From an uncultured virus (IMG/VR IMGVR_UViG_3300024301_000012) (taxonomy: Duplodnaviria > Heunggongvirae > Uroviricota > Caudoviricetes), in the IMG/VR virus record IMGVR_UViG_3300024301_000012: DNA of 64,000 bases. One strand, written 5' to 3'. A model generated the notes under the pieces. That model had not been told where the DNA came from and did not search any database. It saw only the letters and a list, made by a program, of their open reading frames with translations. Shown in pieces: positions 1 through 8,927 of the stretch (within the stretch, counting starts at the first letter, position 1; every line of letters begins with the position of its first letter). A program made the position numbers and the translations under genes.

Positions 1-73
1 CCGGTCTAGTTACTATTGTCGGCGCTTTTGCCTTCTTTGCGGTGGTTGGATTAGGTTATTTGTAAGAAACTGC

Positions 74-102
74 TTGACAAGGACGACAAGTGGTGTTATT
101 AT
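74..102 (+). promoter_or_regulatory. sigma70-like early promoter
   Basis: TTGACA (74-79), 17-nt spacer, TATTAT (97-102) with TGn extension. Confidence 0.75.
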
Positions 103-193
103 AAAGGAACACTTTGAGAAAGGTGTATAGTAAACTAAATGGGCCACAGTGCCAAATTAATCGGGCTTTATGCCAATACTATAGGAAATTATT

Positions 194-490
194 ATGATTG
201 ATAGCAAGAAAGTATCAAATATCGCATTTGTAAACGGAGTACGCATTTTAAAAATGTCTCCTCCTCCTCTAAAACGAATCCAGAAGTGGGATTGGAGCTT
301 AATTCCTGTAAACTCTGCTATGGAGATTCAAGCCAAGGTATGGCCTGCTGAAACCAAGCTGAAATCTAAGGGAACTTCTAATGTAGCATCAGCAGCATAT
401 CAATGGGCAAAGAAGAATGGTTTTAAGTTCCGTGCTCAACACTTATCAAACGGTAATGTGATGATCTACAACTTGGGTCCACGATCTTAA
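194..490 (+). CDS. hypothetical basic protein
   Basis: 98-aa ORF with AGGA RBS, directly downstream of the early promoter. Confidence 0.7.
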   Translation: MIDSKKVSNIAFVNGVRILKMSPPPLKRIQKWDWSLIPVNSAMEIQAKVWPAETKLKSKGTSNVASAAYQWAKKNGFKFRAQHLSNGNVMIYNLGPRS

Positions 491-504
491 TGAGGAGAAG
501 TATA

Positions 505-1695
505 ATGTCAAATATCAGTAATCTGTATTCAAAGAAGTTTTCTGCAAACAAGACAGACACTATTGTTTCATTCAAAGATCGTTTATCTGCCTTTCTGGAA
601 AAATACCCAGAGATTGAGACACGGTGCCGTGCATACGCCGAAGATTGGCGTATACGAAACCCTCAATACGAAAAATTCGAAGACATGTATGTTGATATGC
701 CGGGACTCGGTGAGAATCTCATGTCTATTTCTAATGCTTATGTTGATGATTCAATGCAGCGGGACATGAAGTTTTCTTTCGTTACTGAAAAAGTTGTGCC
801 GAACTTCGACCCTCACTTAGTGAACAGTGTACGATTTACTGCTTTTCAGGAAAAGGATTGTATCTGGGACGGACAGCAGACTTCTACTTCTATCGTACTT
901 GTCGCTATGTTCTATTTTGATATGTCACTTCAAGAGGCTATCGACCGTGTGAAGGTTCCATATGTTATGTATCCGAGCACAGAGCCAGCTAAGTTGCGTA
1001 CTCGATTTATTCGTAACAATGACGGGTCTCTCTCTTGCCCTCTGACAAAAGCTGATCTTGCAGAACAAATGATCTTTGCGGTCAGGATAGACAACTCTAA
1101 CGACTTGTTTCAACAACGTATTGAGGAAATCTATTCAGTGATGGAGAAGAACGATATGTTCTTTTCTGATGAGGACCGCCCGTGTGTTAACCAAGCTGGG
1201 GCTTTATCGAGATTTACTGAAATATGGAACGACAAGAAGTTTGCTACTGAAGATATTATAGCTGTAATCAAATACCACGGTCTGGCATGCTCTGATAAGC
1301 CAGTAGAGCCTTTGGAGATTGACAACTTAGCACATATCTTTATGTTTGCTCGTGAACAAGGCATTGAAGTAAATGACGAGTACATTAAACGGTTTGCCAT
1401 TAGCCTAAGACTAGCGACTAACAATACTTGGTCTAAGAAAGATCGAAGCAAGAAGTCTAAGCATATGGGAGCAATGAGAGCTTACAAAAAATGGCGTTCA
1501 GATAAAATACTTGAGAACGATGAGAACAGATTTATTATTTCTCCTCGCTGCAATCAGACTTTTTTCGGTCCAGCTTACATCTGTGCAGCTCTGAAGACGA
1601 GAGGCTTTAAGTTTCCTTTACCCAAGTTAAAAGGTAACTATCGCTTCAACATTGATACTACTGACCTTAATTTCAAGATAAGTGTATTATCATAG
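505..1695 (+). CDS. hypothetical protein with ParB/Srx (DUF262/DGQHR-like) motifs
   Basis: Motifs VDDSMQRD and IWDGQQT; GAGGAG RBS favours the start at 505 (ORF open from 490). Confidence 0.5.
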   Translation: MSNISNLYSKKFSANKTDTIVSFKDRLSAFLEKYPEIETRCRAYAEDWRIRNPQYEKFEDMYVDMPGLGENLMSISNAYVDDSMQRDMKFSFVTEKVVPNFDPHLVNSVRFTAFQEKDCIWDGQQTSTSIVLVAMFYFDMSLQEAIDRVKVPYVMYPSTEPAKLRTRFIRNNDGSLSCPLTKADLAEQMIFAVRIDNSNDLFQQRIEEIYSVMEKNDMFFSDEDRPCVNQAGALSRFTEIWNDKKFATEDIIAVIKYHGLACSDKPVEPLEIDNLAHIFMFAREQGIEVNDEYIKRFAISLRLATNNTWSKKDRSKKSKHMGAMRAYKKWRSDKILENDENRFIISPRCNQTFFGPAYICAALKTRGFKFPLPKLKGNYRFNIDTTDLNFKISVLS

Positions 1696-2129
1696 TGAGT
1701 AGTTTTAGAGATCGCAGTTTAGATTCTAACAAAACAGGAGCCGATCTCGCATCGGCTCTTGTTACTACTTGCCAAACACCTGGTTGCGAAAGTCATATCA
1801 GTGTGTTTACCGGCCCTAACTCTAACAAGTATTGCAGAAAGCATCAGCTAGAGTGCCATGAATACGGAGGTCTAGCTAAAGGTTCTAAACCCTATAGTTT
1901 TGCAAAGACTACCGTGTGCAGTAAGTGCGGAAAAGATGTTGCAGAGCTTCCTCAAGTCAAAGCTATTACTGACGAAGTGAAAAGAAACATAGCTATTCGC
2001 AGTCTTATTACAGTAGATCACATAGATGGGAATCACGACAACGATGATATTGACAATCTTCAAGGTTTATGTTTAGATTGTCATGCTATTAAAACTACTA
2101 TAAACGAAGACTATCTTAATAAGGGGTAA
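1695..2129 (+). CDS. HNH endonuclease-like protein with Cys zinc-binding motifs
   Basis: CSKC...ITVDHIDGNHDNDDIDNLQGLCLDCHAIKT is a classic HNH signature; GTG start overlaps the upstream stop. Confidence 0.8.
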   Translation: MSSFRDRSLDSNKTGADLASALVTTCQTPGCESHISVFTGPNSNKYCRKHQLECHEYGGLAKGSKPYSFAKTTVCSKCGKDVAELPQVKAITDEVKRNIAIRSLITVDHIDGNHDNDDIDNLQGLCLDCHAIKTTINEDYLNKG

Positions 2130-2132
2130 ATA

Positions 2133-2291
2133 ATGGAACCAGTAGATCCAAGTAAGAAGCATTTTTATATTAGTTTAGTTAAGAGCTGTGTGAGAGCATC
2201 TAGTGGGGGTGCCTTGTTAGGTGGTAATATTCCACTAGCTGGTTTGTTACTCATACTTGCTGAAATACTAGGCGTTGCAGAAGAACTTTAA
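2133..2291 (+). CDS. small membrane protein, 52 aa (not in ORF track)
   Basis: Read directly: MEPVDPSKKHFYISLVKSCVRASSGGALLGGNIPLAGLLLILAEILGVAEEL*; fills the gap between neighbours. Confidence 0.65.
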   Translation: MEPVDPSKKHFYISLVKSCVRASSGGALLGGNIPLAGLLLILAEILGVAEEL

Positions 2292-2292
2292 C

Positions 2293-2529
2293 ATGAAAGC
2301 GGATAAATTACTAAATAGAACTAAATGGACGGGTACTGTACTGATGGTGTTTGGTACTTTACTAAATAGTCTTGGAATTTATCCGTGGGGCCCAGTAGTG
2401 ATGGTTACGAGTGGCATCCTTTGGTCTATAGTCTCTATTGCATGGAGAGACAGGGCGCTTATCGTAACCAACATTACTGTGACCTCAGTTGGATTATGTG
2501 GCTTGTTATTTAAATTTATTGTATATTAA
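2293..2529 (+). CDS. small three-TM membrane protein
   Basis: Three hydrophobic segments; ATG at 2293 follows the upstream stop. Confidence 0.65.
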   Translation: MKADKLLNRTKWTGTVLMVFGTLLNSLGIYPWGPVVMVTSGILWSIVSIAWRDRALIVTNITVTSVGLCGLLFKFIVY

Positions 2530-3183
2530 ATGAATAAATGGTTAATTAAGTCAACAACAAGAACCGGAAGCCATCTAGTGTATAGTTTACTAGAGTCTTC
2601 TGGTCTTCGTTCAGAACATGTGAGCTGGAATCTTTATCGTCAGCAAAAAAGCCCACCTGTTTGGCCTTTATTGGCAAATCATGACAACTTACGATTAAGC
2701 GCCGACGACAACAATATTGTTGTTCATGACCATACAACATGGATGCCACCAGACCCTGAAAACTGGAATATTGTTCATACACAAAGATTAGATAAAGCGG
2801 CACAGACACTCAGCTCAATATTTGCAAGTAAAATTAATGAATACTTGTTAGATGGATTAGGAAGTTCCACATATTCTGAAAAACACATCACTCCATTCTA
2901 TCTTAATCCGAAAGACACACTTATAACACATCGCAAAAGAATCCATTACGAAAATAATATGAAGAATTTAATAGACTCTCGTATATGGAAATCTTATAAT
3001 CTAATGTATTTTGAAGATTTAATACTAGCGAATCCAGATATGATTGCTCATATATTTCAAATAGAATACGACAAAGATAAGTGTAAGTGGTCAGAACAGA
3101 AAAATCCTAGAAAAGCACAAGATATAATTCTAAACTACAAAGAACTATATAATGTGCTTTCAGAAGTTACTCAGAATCATTGA
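2530..3183 (+). CDS. sulfotransferase-like protein (Stf0-like)
   Basis: N-terminal STTRTGSHLV resembles the PAPS-binding loop; QRLDKAAQTLS; YFEDL; C-terminal IILNYKEL. Confidence 0.6.
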   Translation: MNKWLIKSTTRTGSHLVYSLLESSGLRSEHVSWNLYRQQKSPPVWPLLANHDNLRLSADDNNIVVHDHTTWMPPDPENWNIVHTQRLDKAAQTLSSIFASKINEYLLDGLGSSTYSEKHITPFYLNPKDTLITHRKRIHYENNMKNLIDSRIWKSYNLMYFEDLILANPDMIAHIFQIEYDKDKCKWSEQKNPRKAQDIILNYKELYNVLSEVTQNH

Positions 3184-3670
3184 GCGGGTTGTCTAGGATT
3201 CGCTCAATCTTTTCCTCTAAGTCGTCACGCATTTCACGCAACTCTCCGTCTAACTCTCTGAGACGGTCATTCAAAGAAGTCTCCATTGCATATACATCAT
3301 TACGCAAGTCTCTTTGAGTCTCGTTTGTTGACTCATCAATAGTACGAACGAATGTATCAACCTCATCTGCGTCTTCACGCACACGATCTAAGTCTTCTTG
3401 CATGCTATCAAGTAGTGTAGTTACAGTATTGAACTGTTGCTCTACATCTTCTTTGAGTGCGGCAACCATTTCTTCTTGTACTGCTAACTGTTGGTTGATG
3501 CCAGACATATCAGGCGCAACATAATTAGTTACAGCTTCTTCGGCATCAAGCAAACGCTGATACACTTCAAAGCCTCCCCACATTGCTCCTAATATAGAAC
3601 CTAGCAACGGTATGATTAGCAGCATTTTGCCGCCACTTACTTTTACATCACCAAATTCTACTTCTGCCAT
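3167..3670 (-). CDS. membrane-anchored coiled-coil protein
   Basis: N-terminal TM segment (LLIIPLLGSILGAMWGGF) followed by a long acidic heptad region. Confidence 0.7.
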   Translation of the reverse strand: MAEVEFGDVKVSGGKMLLIIPLLGSILGAMWGGFEVYQRLLDAEEAVTNYVAPDMSGINQQLAVQEEMVAALKEDVEQQFNTVTTLLDSMQEDLDRVREDADEVDTFVRTIDESTNETQRDLRNDVYAMETSLNDRLRELDGELREMRDDLEEKIERILDNPLNDSE

Positions 3671-3680
3671 TTATTTTCTC

Positions 3681-4784
3681 CTATGAAACTGGTAATAAAG
3701 GATCGTCATTTACAATATATGGATCTGGTACCACATCTAACTCGTCATTTCTATCTTCATACCAAGACGGCAATTCAAATGTGGCTGAACCAGTAGACCA
3801 TGTGTTTGTACCAGAGCTATACGATTTAGTGCTTCCAGATATTCTAGTAATTAATAGTTGCTGCATAAAAGTGTATTCAGTAGATATGGCACTTTCGCAC
3901 AAAGATGCTGCGCTCACCATTTCTGGTCCATAAGCAGCTATAATAGCAGGCTTATATTCCATATCGCTAGTGACTACTAATTCATTGTCGTCATTAAATG
4001 AAGCATCTCTTGCTGACAACTCACTTATTGCAGAACTATAACTTCCACTGCCGTTTGCTATGCTAGTATTAAAATTGATTGATTTTAATTTATTGACAAT
4101 AGATAAACTTTGAGCAAACTCTGCCCACTTGCCTATTTTATTCAAAACTGCTAACGCAAATCCCTCTGTATTATTTTTACTGCCTACAATATAGTATGAA
4201 CTTGGTGATGCCTGTACATCGTCAGTTACAAGCGAACCAACAGATGTATTACAGTTATATCTAGCCTTCAATACGCCACGAGCGAGTTCTTCAAACTCAG
4301 TGTTTATTTGATCTATGATTGCGTTTGCGTCACCCCTTAGAGTGGTAATCTGAGTATCTTTATTTTGTCTATATGATTCGTTTGTATTGTAGTTTGCAGT
4401 GGCAGTGCTATAGTCTGAAGTATAGTCAGGATCCAATGGATCTAAAGAATTTCTATATGACAACCATGCATTTCTATTTGCCTCATGCTGATTCATTCTG
4501 GCACAAAGTGCCTGTATTTTTGCATCAACTGCATTTTTATGAACAACAGCCTCTTGATACAGAGGAGCTACTGCATATTTAATTCTAGCCATTTCATCTG
4601 CGATTGCATACATGGCAGTTTCTGATACATCATTGTTTGATACTATGCTATCCTCTGGATGTATCTCTTCAAGATTTTCCAACAATCCCATGTTGTTTTT
4701 TAAATCCAACATCCAGTCAACAATGAAAGATTCTAAAGTTCCTTCAATATCTAAGATACCCCTGCTATTAGCACATGTAGCCAT
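3681..4784 (-). CDS. hypothetical late protein
   Basis: 367-aa ORF with AGGAG RBS and a late promoter just upstream. Confidence 0.7.
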   Translation of the reverse strand: MATCANSRGILDIEGTLESFIVDWMLDLKNNMGLLENLEEIHPEDSIVSNNDVSETAMYAIADEMARIKYAVAPLYQEAVVHKNAVDAKIQALCARMNQHEANRNAWLSYRNSLDPLDPDYTSDYSTATANYNTNESYRQNKDTQITTLRGDANAIIDQINTEFEELARGVLKARYNCNTSVGSLVTDDVQASPSSYYIVGSKNNTEGFALAVLNKIGKWAEFAQSLSIVNKLKSINFNTSIANGSGSYSSAISELSARDASFNDDNELVVTSDMEYKPAIIAAYGPEMVSAASLCESAISTEYTFMQQLLITRISGSTKSYSSGTNTWSTGSATFELPSWYEDRNDELDVVPDPYIVNDDPLLPVS

Positions 4785-4808
4785 TATAATCTCCTGTTCA
4801 ATAATTCA

Positions 4809-6833
4809 CTATTTATATTGTAAACTTATGAGGTCTTCATGTTTACTATCTGTGCCAATCAGTTGTAGCATAGAGTTTCTGTCATTCTGTACTCTTCCAC
4901 CAGGCATGCCTCTGTCTGTATAGAAACTAACATCTTGTAATTGTCCGTCATACTGTGAGAACGCACTGTTTCTACCCATCAAAAATATTGTCATACTTTG
5001 GTCAGTGAAACCACCAGAGTCTTGCAACTCGTCAGCAAACTCGTCTAAGTTTTCTGCTAACTGCTCATCGGTCATATTGTTTGCTTGTGCGTCTGCTTTC
5101 TGTGTCGTCTGCTGTTCTTGTTGTGAAGGTGGCGCAACATCAAACTGTGAGAAGTTTGGAGCTACATTGTTAAGAACAGCAGTGATGCTTTGCCCTGTTG
5201 AAAACGATTGATCTTGTTGAGCAGAGAATCCACTGTCAGTTGTAGGTGTTGACGATTCCATTTGAAAGTCTACTGTCTGCTCTTCTTGTGTTGCCTGTTC
5301 TGTTGGACTTTCAACTGCAACCGATACTTCTGCTACTGTCATTGAAGGATCTAACATCATGTCAAAGGTTGCGCTCTCGAAAGCAGAGTCAAGTGAACCA
5401 AAAGAAGTATAGGATTCAGAATTTTGAGCTTTGTCTTCAGCTTCTTGTGTCAAAGTATCCGAAACTGCACTCTGTGTTACCTGTTGTCTAGCTGTCTGTA
5501 CTGCTGCCGACTCCGCATTCGCTACAGTTGAAAGCGCAATTGATACAGCGTTTATCGGACTTCCGCTCGTACTAGGTTCGTCGGATGTGAGTAATTCTTC
5601 TTGATTATTACTCACATCTTCCTGGACATGTGTAATTTCTTCTTCAATATACTCATCTTCGACTACTTCTTCGAAGACCTCAACCGTTTCTTCCACAAAG
5701 ACCTCTTCTACTATCGGCTCTTCGACTACTGCAACGACTTCGAACACTTCTTCGACAAAAGTTTCTTCTACGACAGGCTCTTCTATAGTGGCCATGCCGC
5801 TAGTGTCTTCCATCGTGTCGAAATCTTGTTCTTCTGTAAACATATCAGTTTCGTTTACACTAGAAAAGAAAGCTATCGGCTCTTCTATAGGTTCAGGTTC
5901 TGTGTCATAGAAGTCAGAAATATCATCACCGAATATAAAATCTGTTCCGGCCGCATCTTGTGCTGCAATCGCTCCTTGATAACCAGGACATCCTTGATCG
6001 TATAAATCGTCATATGAACATTGTTGGTCATAGTATGCTTGCTCATAACCTTGACAACCATAATCATATAATGGATCGCTTGAACACTGTTGCTCGTAAT
6101 AGGCTTGTTCATATCCTGGACATTGAGGATCATTCAAAGCGTTTGAACAGTCTAGTGTGGATTCGTATCCGCCGTCTTGACCGTACCATATTCTACCGTT
6201 AGGACCCCAGGCGCTGTGAAAGTCTATATCAAACTCAGTCACTCCATTTTGATAATATCCAAGCTGATTGATTTCATTTTTAGTTATATCACCCGTAAAT
6301 CCCATAAACACACTATGCTGTGTCACATCAACCTCGTCATATAAAAAGTCAAATGAACCATCAGGCCATAAGTTTGCTTGAAACGTGTTTAAGTTACTAG
6401 TTCCAAATTCTGTAACATTGTACCAAAGAAAAGATGATACGCCTTCATTTGTCTTATAGTAATAGCCATCATCAGGCGTTAGGTTAGCATCTCTCAAATC
6501 AGTCCATAGTGGAGCAAGCATAAAGCTAAATTGATCCCCTTGCCATGACTGCCAATTAGTTAAATCATAACCGGAACAGCACATAGAATTTCTGGTATTC
6601 CAATTACCGAATTGTGTTGTGGGGTCGTACAGAATAATAACACCGTTACTACTCATCCAAGCATCGGTGAATATCCCGCCATAATAAGGAAAGGCATGAC
6701 CCAAAGAAACGTGGAAAGTACCATCATCGACACCCTCCATTACTTTGGTCATACCATCTGGTGTTAGCCAATCAGCATCGGCATAAGCGTTTATGCTGAA
6801 TAAAGCTAATATTGTAAAGAGTAATTTCTTCAT
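4809..6833 (-). CDS. secreted protein with NIDO-like N-terminal domain, Cys/Tyr repeats and acidic linker
   Basis: Signal peptide MKKLLFTILALFSINAYA; FPYYG..F..AWMSSNG, LAPLWTDL and NTFQANL resemble nidogen-like domains; repeated C..D.LY..GC.GY; Glu/Val-rich stretch. Confidence 0.6.
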   Translation of the reverse strand: MKKLLFTILALFSINAYADADWLTPDGMTKVMEGVDDGTFHVSLGHAFPYYGGIFTDAWMSSNGVIILYDPTTQFGNWNTRNSMCCSGYDLTNWQSWQGDQFSFMLAPLWTDLRDANLTPDDGYYYKTNEGVSSFLWYNVTEFGTSNLNTFQANLWPDGSFDFLYDEVDVTQHSVFMGFTGDITKNEINQLGYYQNGVTEFDIDFHSAWGPNGRIWYGQDGGYESTLDCSNALNDPQCPGYEQAYYEQQCSSDPLYDYGCQGYEQAYYDQQCSYDDLYDQGCPGYQGAIAAQDAAGTDFIFGDDISDFYDTEPEPIEEPIAFFSSVNETDMFTEEQDFDTMEDTSGMATIEEPVVEETFVEEVFEVVAVVEEPIVEEVFVEETVEVFEEVVEDEYIEEEITHVQEDVSNNQEELLTSDEPSTSGSPINAVSIALSTVANAESAAVQTARQQVTQSAVSDTLTQEAEDKAQNSESYTSFGSLDSAFESATFDMMLDPSMTVAEVSVAVESPTEQATQEEQTVDFQMESSTPTTDSGFSAQQDQSFSTGQSITAVLNNVAPNFSQFDVAPPSQQEQQTTQKADAQANNMTDEQLAENLDEFADELQDSGGFTDQSMTIFLMGRNSAFSQYDGQLQDVSFYTDRGMPGGRVQNDRNSMLQLIGTDSKHEDLISLQYK
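4810..4817 (-). promoter_or_regulatory. T4-type late promoter
   Basis: TATAAATA on the minus strand, about 25 nt upstream of the ORF starting at 4784. Confidence 0.7.
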
Positions 6834-7903
6834 CGTGGCATATTAGGAGAAGAATCTATTCTTCCTCTTTTAACGTCCTTTTCTTTCACGCCAGGTATAT
6901 CAGTGAGATTCTCTTCCCACGCAGCTCCTGCTTCGTCACCAATCATGCCTTGGAAAGGACATGGAGTACCTGCCATCTTCATCGCAGTCCATACACGCTC
7001 GTCTTGACACATGAGAGATACAGCAGCAACACGCATGCCCATGTCATACAACGTCTTAGAGAGTTTGATTCTTTCACAGTTATTATCAGTGATTGACTTG
7101 CCACCAGAAATACCAAATATCTGAGTCTGTACAGCACCGCTCACGCCTGTAGTACACAAGTCTTGTGAATACGAACTACCAATACTAGGAGCAATAGCAG
7201 AAGGAGGAGGCGACTCAATCTTCTGATTGATGTTCTGAGTCTGTGTGCTCTCGCTTACGCTTCTGTTTTCGTTTATATTAGTATTGTTATTAGTATTTGT
7301 GGCAGTAGACTCACTAACACTTTCTGACTGATTAATGTTCGTGTTCGTGTTATCACTAACCGTATTGTTGTTGTTTGTGTTAGTGTTCACTGCTGTGCTG
7401 CTACTTTCTACTGTGTTGAAATTCGTGTTCGTATTATCACTAGTAGAAGTGTTTACATTAGTATTAGAATTCGTAGCATTGATTGTAGTATCATTCACAT
7501 TGGTATTATTATTAGTATTATTGCTAACACTTTCATTGTAGTTGTTATTTGTATTATTGTTTGTCGAAGTACTAGTGCTAACATTTGTGTTGTAGTTGGT
7601 ATTTGTATTATCAGTACCACCAGACAAAATGTTATTGTTAGTGTTCATATTTGTGTTGGTTGAAGTGCTCGTATTAGTATTAATATTAGTGTTCGTATTG
7701 TTACTAGTAGAGGTACTTGTGTTAGTATTTAAATTTGTGTTTGTGTTTGTGTTTGTAGAAGTAACAGACGAAGTTGAGTCTGTAGTCCCGTTAGTTTCCA
7801 CATAGGTAGTTGAATCAAAATTGCCATCGGCATCATTTTGAACTTGACCATAAGAGATATAGGGAATCATCAGAAGCATCATAAAGGATCCAATCTTTTT
7901 CAT
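6830..7903 (-). CDS. secreted Asn/Thr-repeat protein with Cys-containing C-terminal domain
   Basis: Signal peptide; about 170 aa of NTNTN repeats; C-terminal PPPSAIAP...DLC...NCERIKL...MCQD...TPCP. Confidence 0.7.
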   Translation of the reverse strand: MKKIGSFMMLLMIPYISYGQVQNDADGNFDSTTYVETNGTTDSTSSVTSTNTNTNTNLNTNTSTSTSNNTNTNINTNTSTSTNTNMNTNNNILSGGTDNTNTNYNTNVSTSTSTNNNTNNNYNESVSNNTNNNTNVNDTTINATNSNTNVNTSTSDNTNTNFNTVESSSTAVNTNTNNNNTVSDNTNTNINQSESVSESTATNTNNNTNINENRSVSESTQTQNINQKIESPPPSAIAPSIGSSYSQDLCTTGVSGAVQTQIFGISGGKSITDNNCERIKLSKTLYDMGMRVAAVSLMCQDERVWTAMKMAGTPCPFQGMIGDEAGAAWEENLTDIPGVKEKDVKRGRIDSSPNMPR

Positions 7904-7936
7904 GGTAGGTCCTTTATTGGTGTGATATGTCCAGAC

Positions 7937-7944
7937 TATTTATA
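7937..7944 (-). promoter_or_regulatory. T4-type late promoter
   Basis: TATAAATA on the minus strand upstream of the ATG at 7903. Confidence 0.75.
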
Positions 7945-7952
7945 ATATATGC

Positions 7953-7981
7953 TTGACAACCGACCTTCTTTATTGTATAAT
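7953..7981 (+). promoter_or_regulatory. consensus sigma70 promoter heading the modification-enzyme operon
   Basis: TTGACA (7953-7958), 17 nt, TATAAT (7976-7981). Confidence 0.85.
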
Positions 7982-8001
7982 ATCGGTATATTTAGAAAAA
8001 G

Positions 8002-8322
8002 GTGACTGCTATGTATATGAATCTCGGTAATTCCCTCAACTATACTACTTCTGGCAGAAAGCGCCGCAAACTTCCGGCAAAAAAAGCCGCACCTAAACGC
8101 AAGTTTGAGCCTTATATACCTAAGACTACATATATAAGAGATACTCCTAATTATCCTAGCGTGACATCAGCCCCTTCTGCTGATTCTTGTGCTAAGCCTA
8201 CTAGGGTATCATATACAGGTACGCTTGTCAAGGGCATAGCGACAATGCACAAGTCTAATGCTGTGCCTATCATCAATGACCAAGAAGCAAAAGATATATC
8301 CAACATGAGGCGTGGTTCGTGA
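8002..8322 (+). CDS. hypothetical basic phage protein
   Basis: ORF with C-terminal YTGTLVKGIATMHKSNAVPI; exact start uncertain. Confidence 0.7.
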   Translation: MTAMYMNLGNSLNYTTSGRKRRKLPAKKAAPKRKFEPYIPKTTYIRDTPNYPSVTSAPSADSCAKPTRVSYTGTLVKGIATMHKSNAVPIINDQEAKDISNMRRGS

Positions 8323-8927
8323 AAGTAGATTTTGACTTAGTATCTAGATGGATGATTGAGATACGAGACAATCCTAGAATGTTAGATTGTTTCTGGCAAA
8401 GTCAAGTACAAAGTAAGAAGTGGATAATTGACACGCTAGTAAAAGAAGCATACTGGCGTGGCCACATGGGAGACATTGTAATCTTCGGTGGTTGGTATGG
8501 CGTACTAGCACAATTATTGCATCAAGAATTCGGTGGAAAATATATCAGTGTTGACAATGATCCTTCTTGCAAAGAGGTATTTGATAGAATCAATACTAGC
8601 AATAAAATAGTATTTAAAACTGGATGTATGTCTGAATATGATTACAGCGATTCTGTTTTTTTAGATATGGTAATCAATACAAGCAGTGAGCATGTTAGTC
8701 AAGAAGTCTATGCACAGTGGTGGGATACCATTCCTAAAGGAACTAAATACATTGTACAGGGCAATAACTTTTTTGAGTCAGATGAGCATGTGAGATGCAC
8801 TGATACACTCGAAGAATTTATTACTATTAACTATCTAGAAAGCGCAACCGTAAAAGACACTTTGAATTGTGGAATGCGACCCGACGGTTCTCCTTTTTAT
8901 CGCTTTATGGCAATTGGTGTAAAATAA
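8319..8927 (+). CDS. class I SAM-dependent methyltransferase-like protein
   Basis: Motif I IVIFGGWYG, acidic SVDND, VINTSSEH. Confidence 0.7.
   Translation: MKVDFDLVSRWMIEIRDNPRMLDCFWQSQVQSKKWIIDTLVKEAYWRGHMGDIVIFGGWYGVLAQLLHQEFGGKYISVDNDPSCKEVFDRINTSNKIVFKTGCMSEYDYSDSVFLDMVINTSSEHVSQEVYAQWWDTIPKGTKYIVQGNNFFESDEHVRCTDTLEEFITINYLESATVKDTLNCGMRPDGSPFYRFMAIGVK

Noticed and set aside
7270..7760. Low-complexity GTATT/GTGTT repeats as a CRISPR array or origin
   Set aside because: They are the Asn/Thr codons of the minus-strand ORF; the plus-strand hydrophobic ORFs (7335-7541, 7596-7805) are shadows
8867..8926. Extended N-termini of track ORFs (8867, 16118, 26750, 27677)
   Set aside because: Downstream ATGs with stop/start overlaps, RBS or promoter position fit better (8927, 16160, 26792, 27692)
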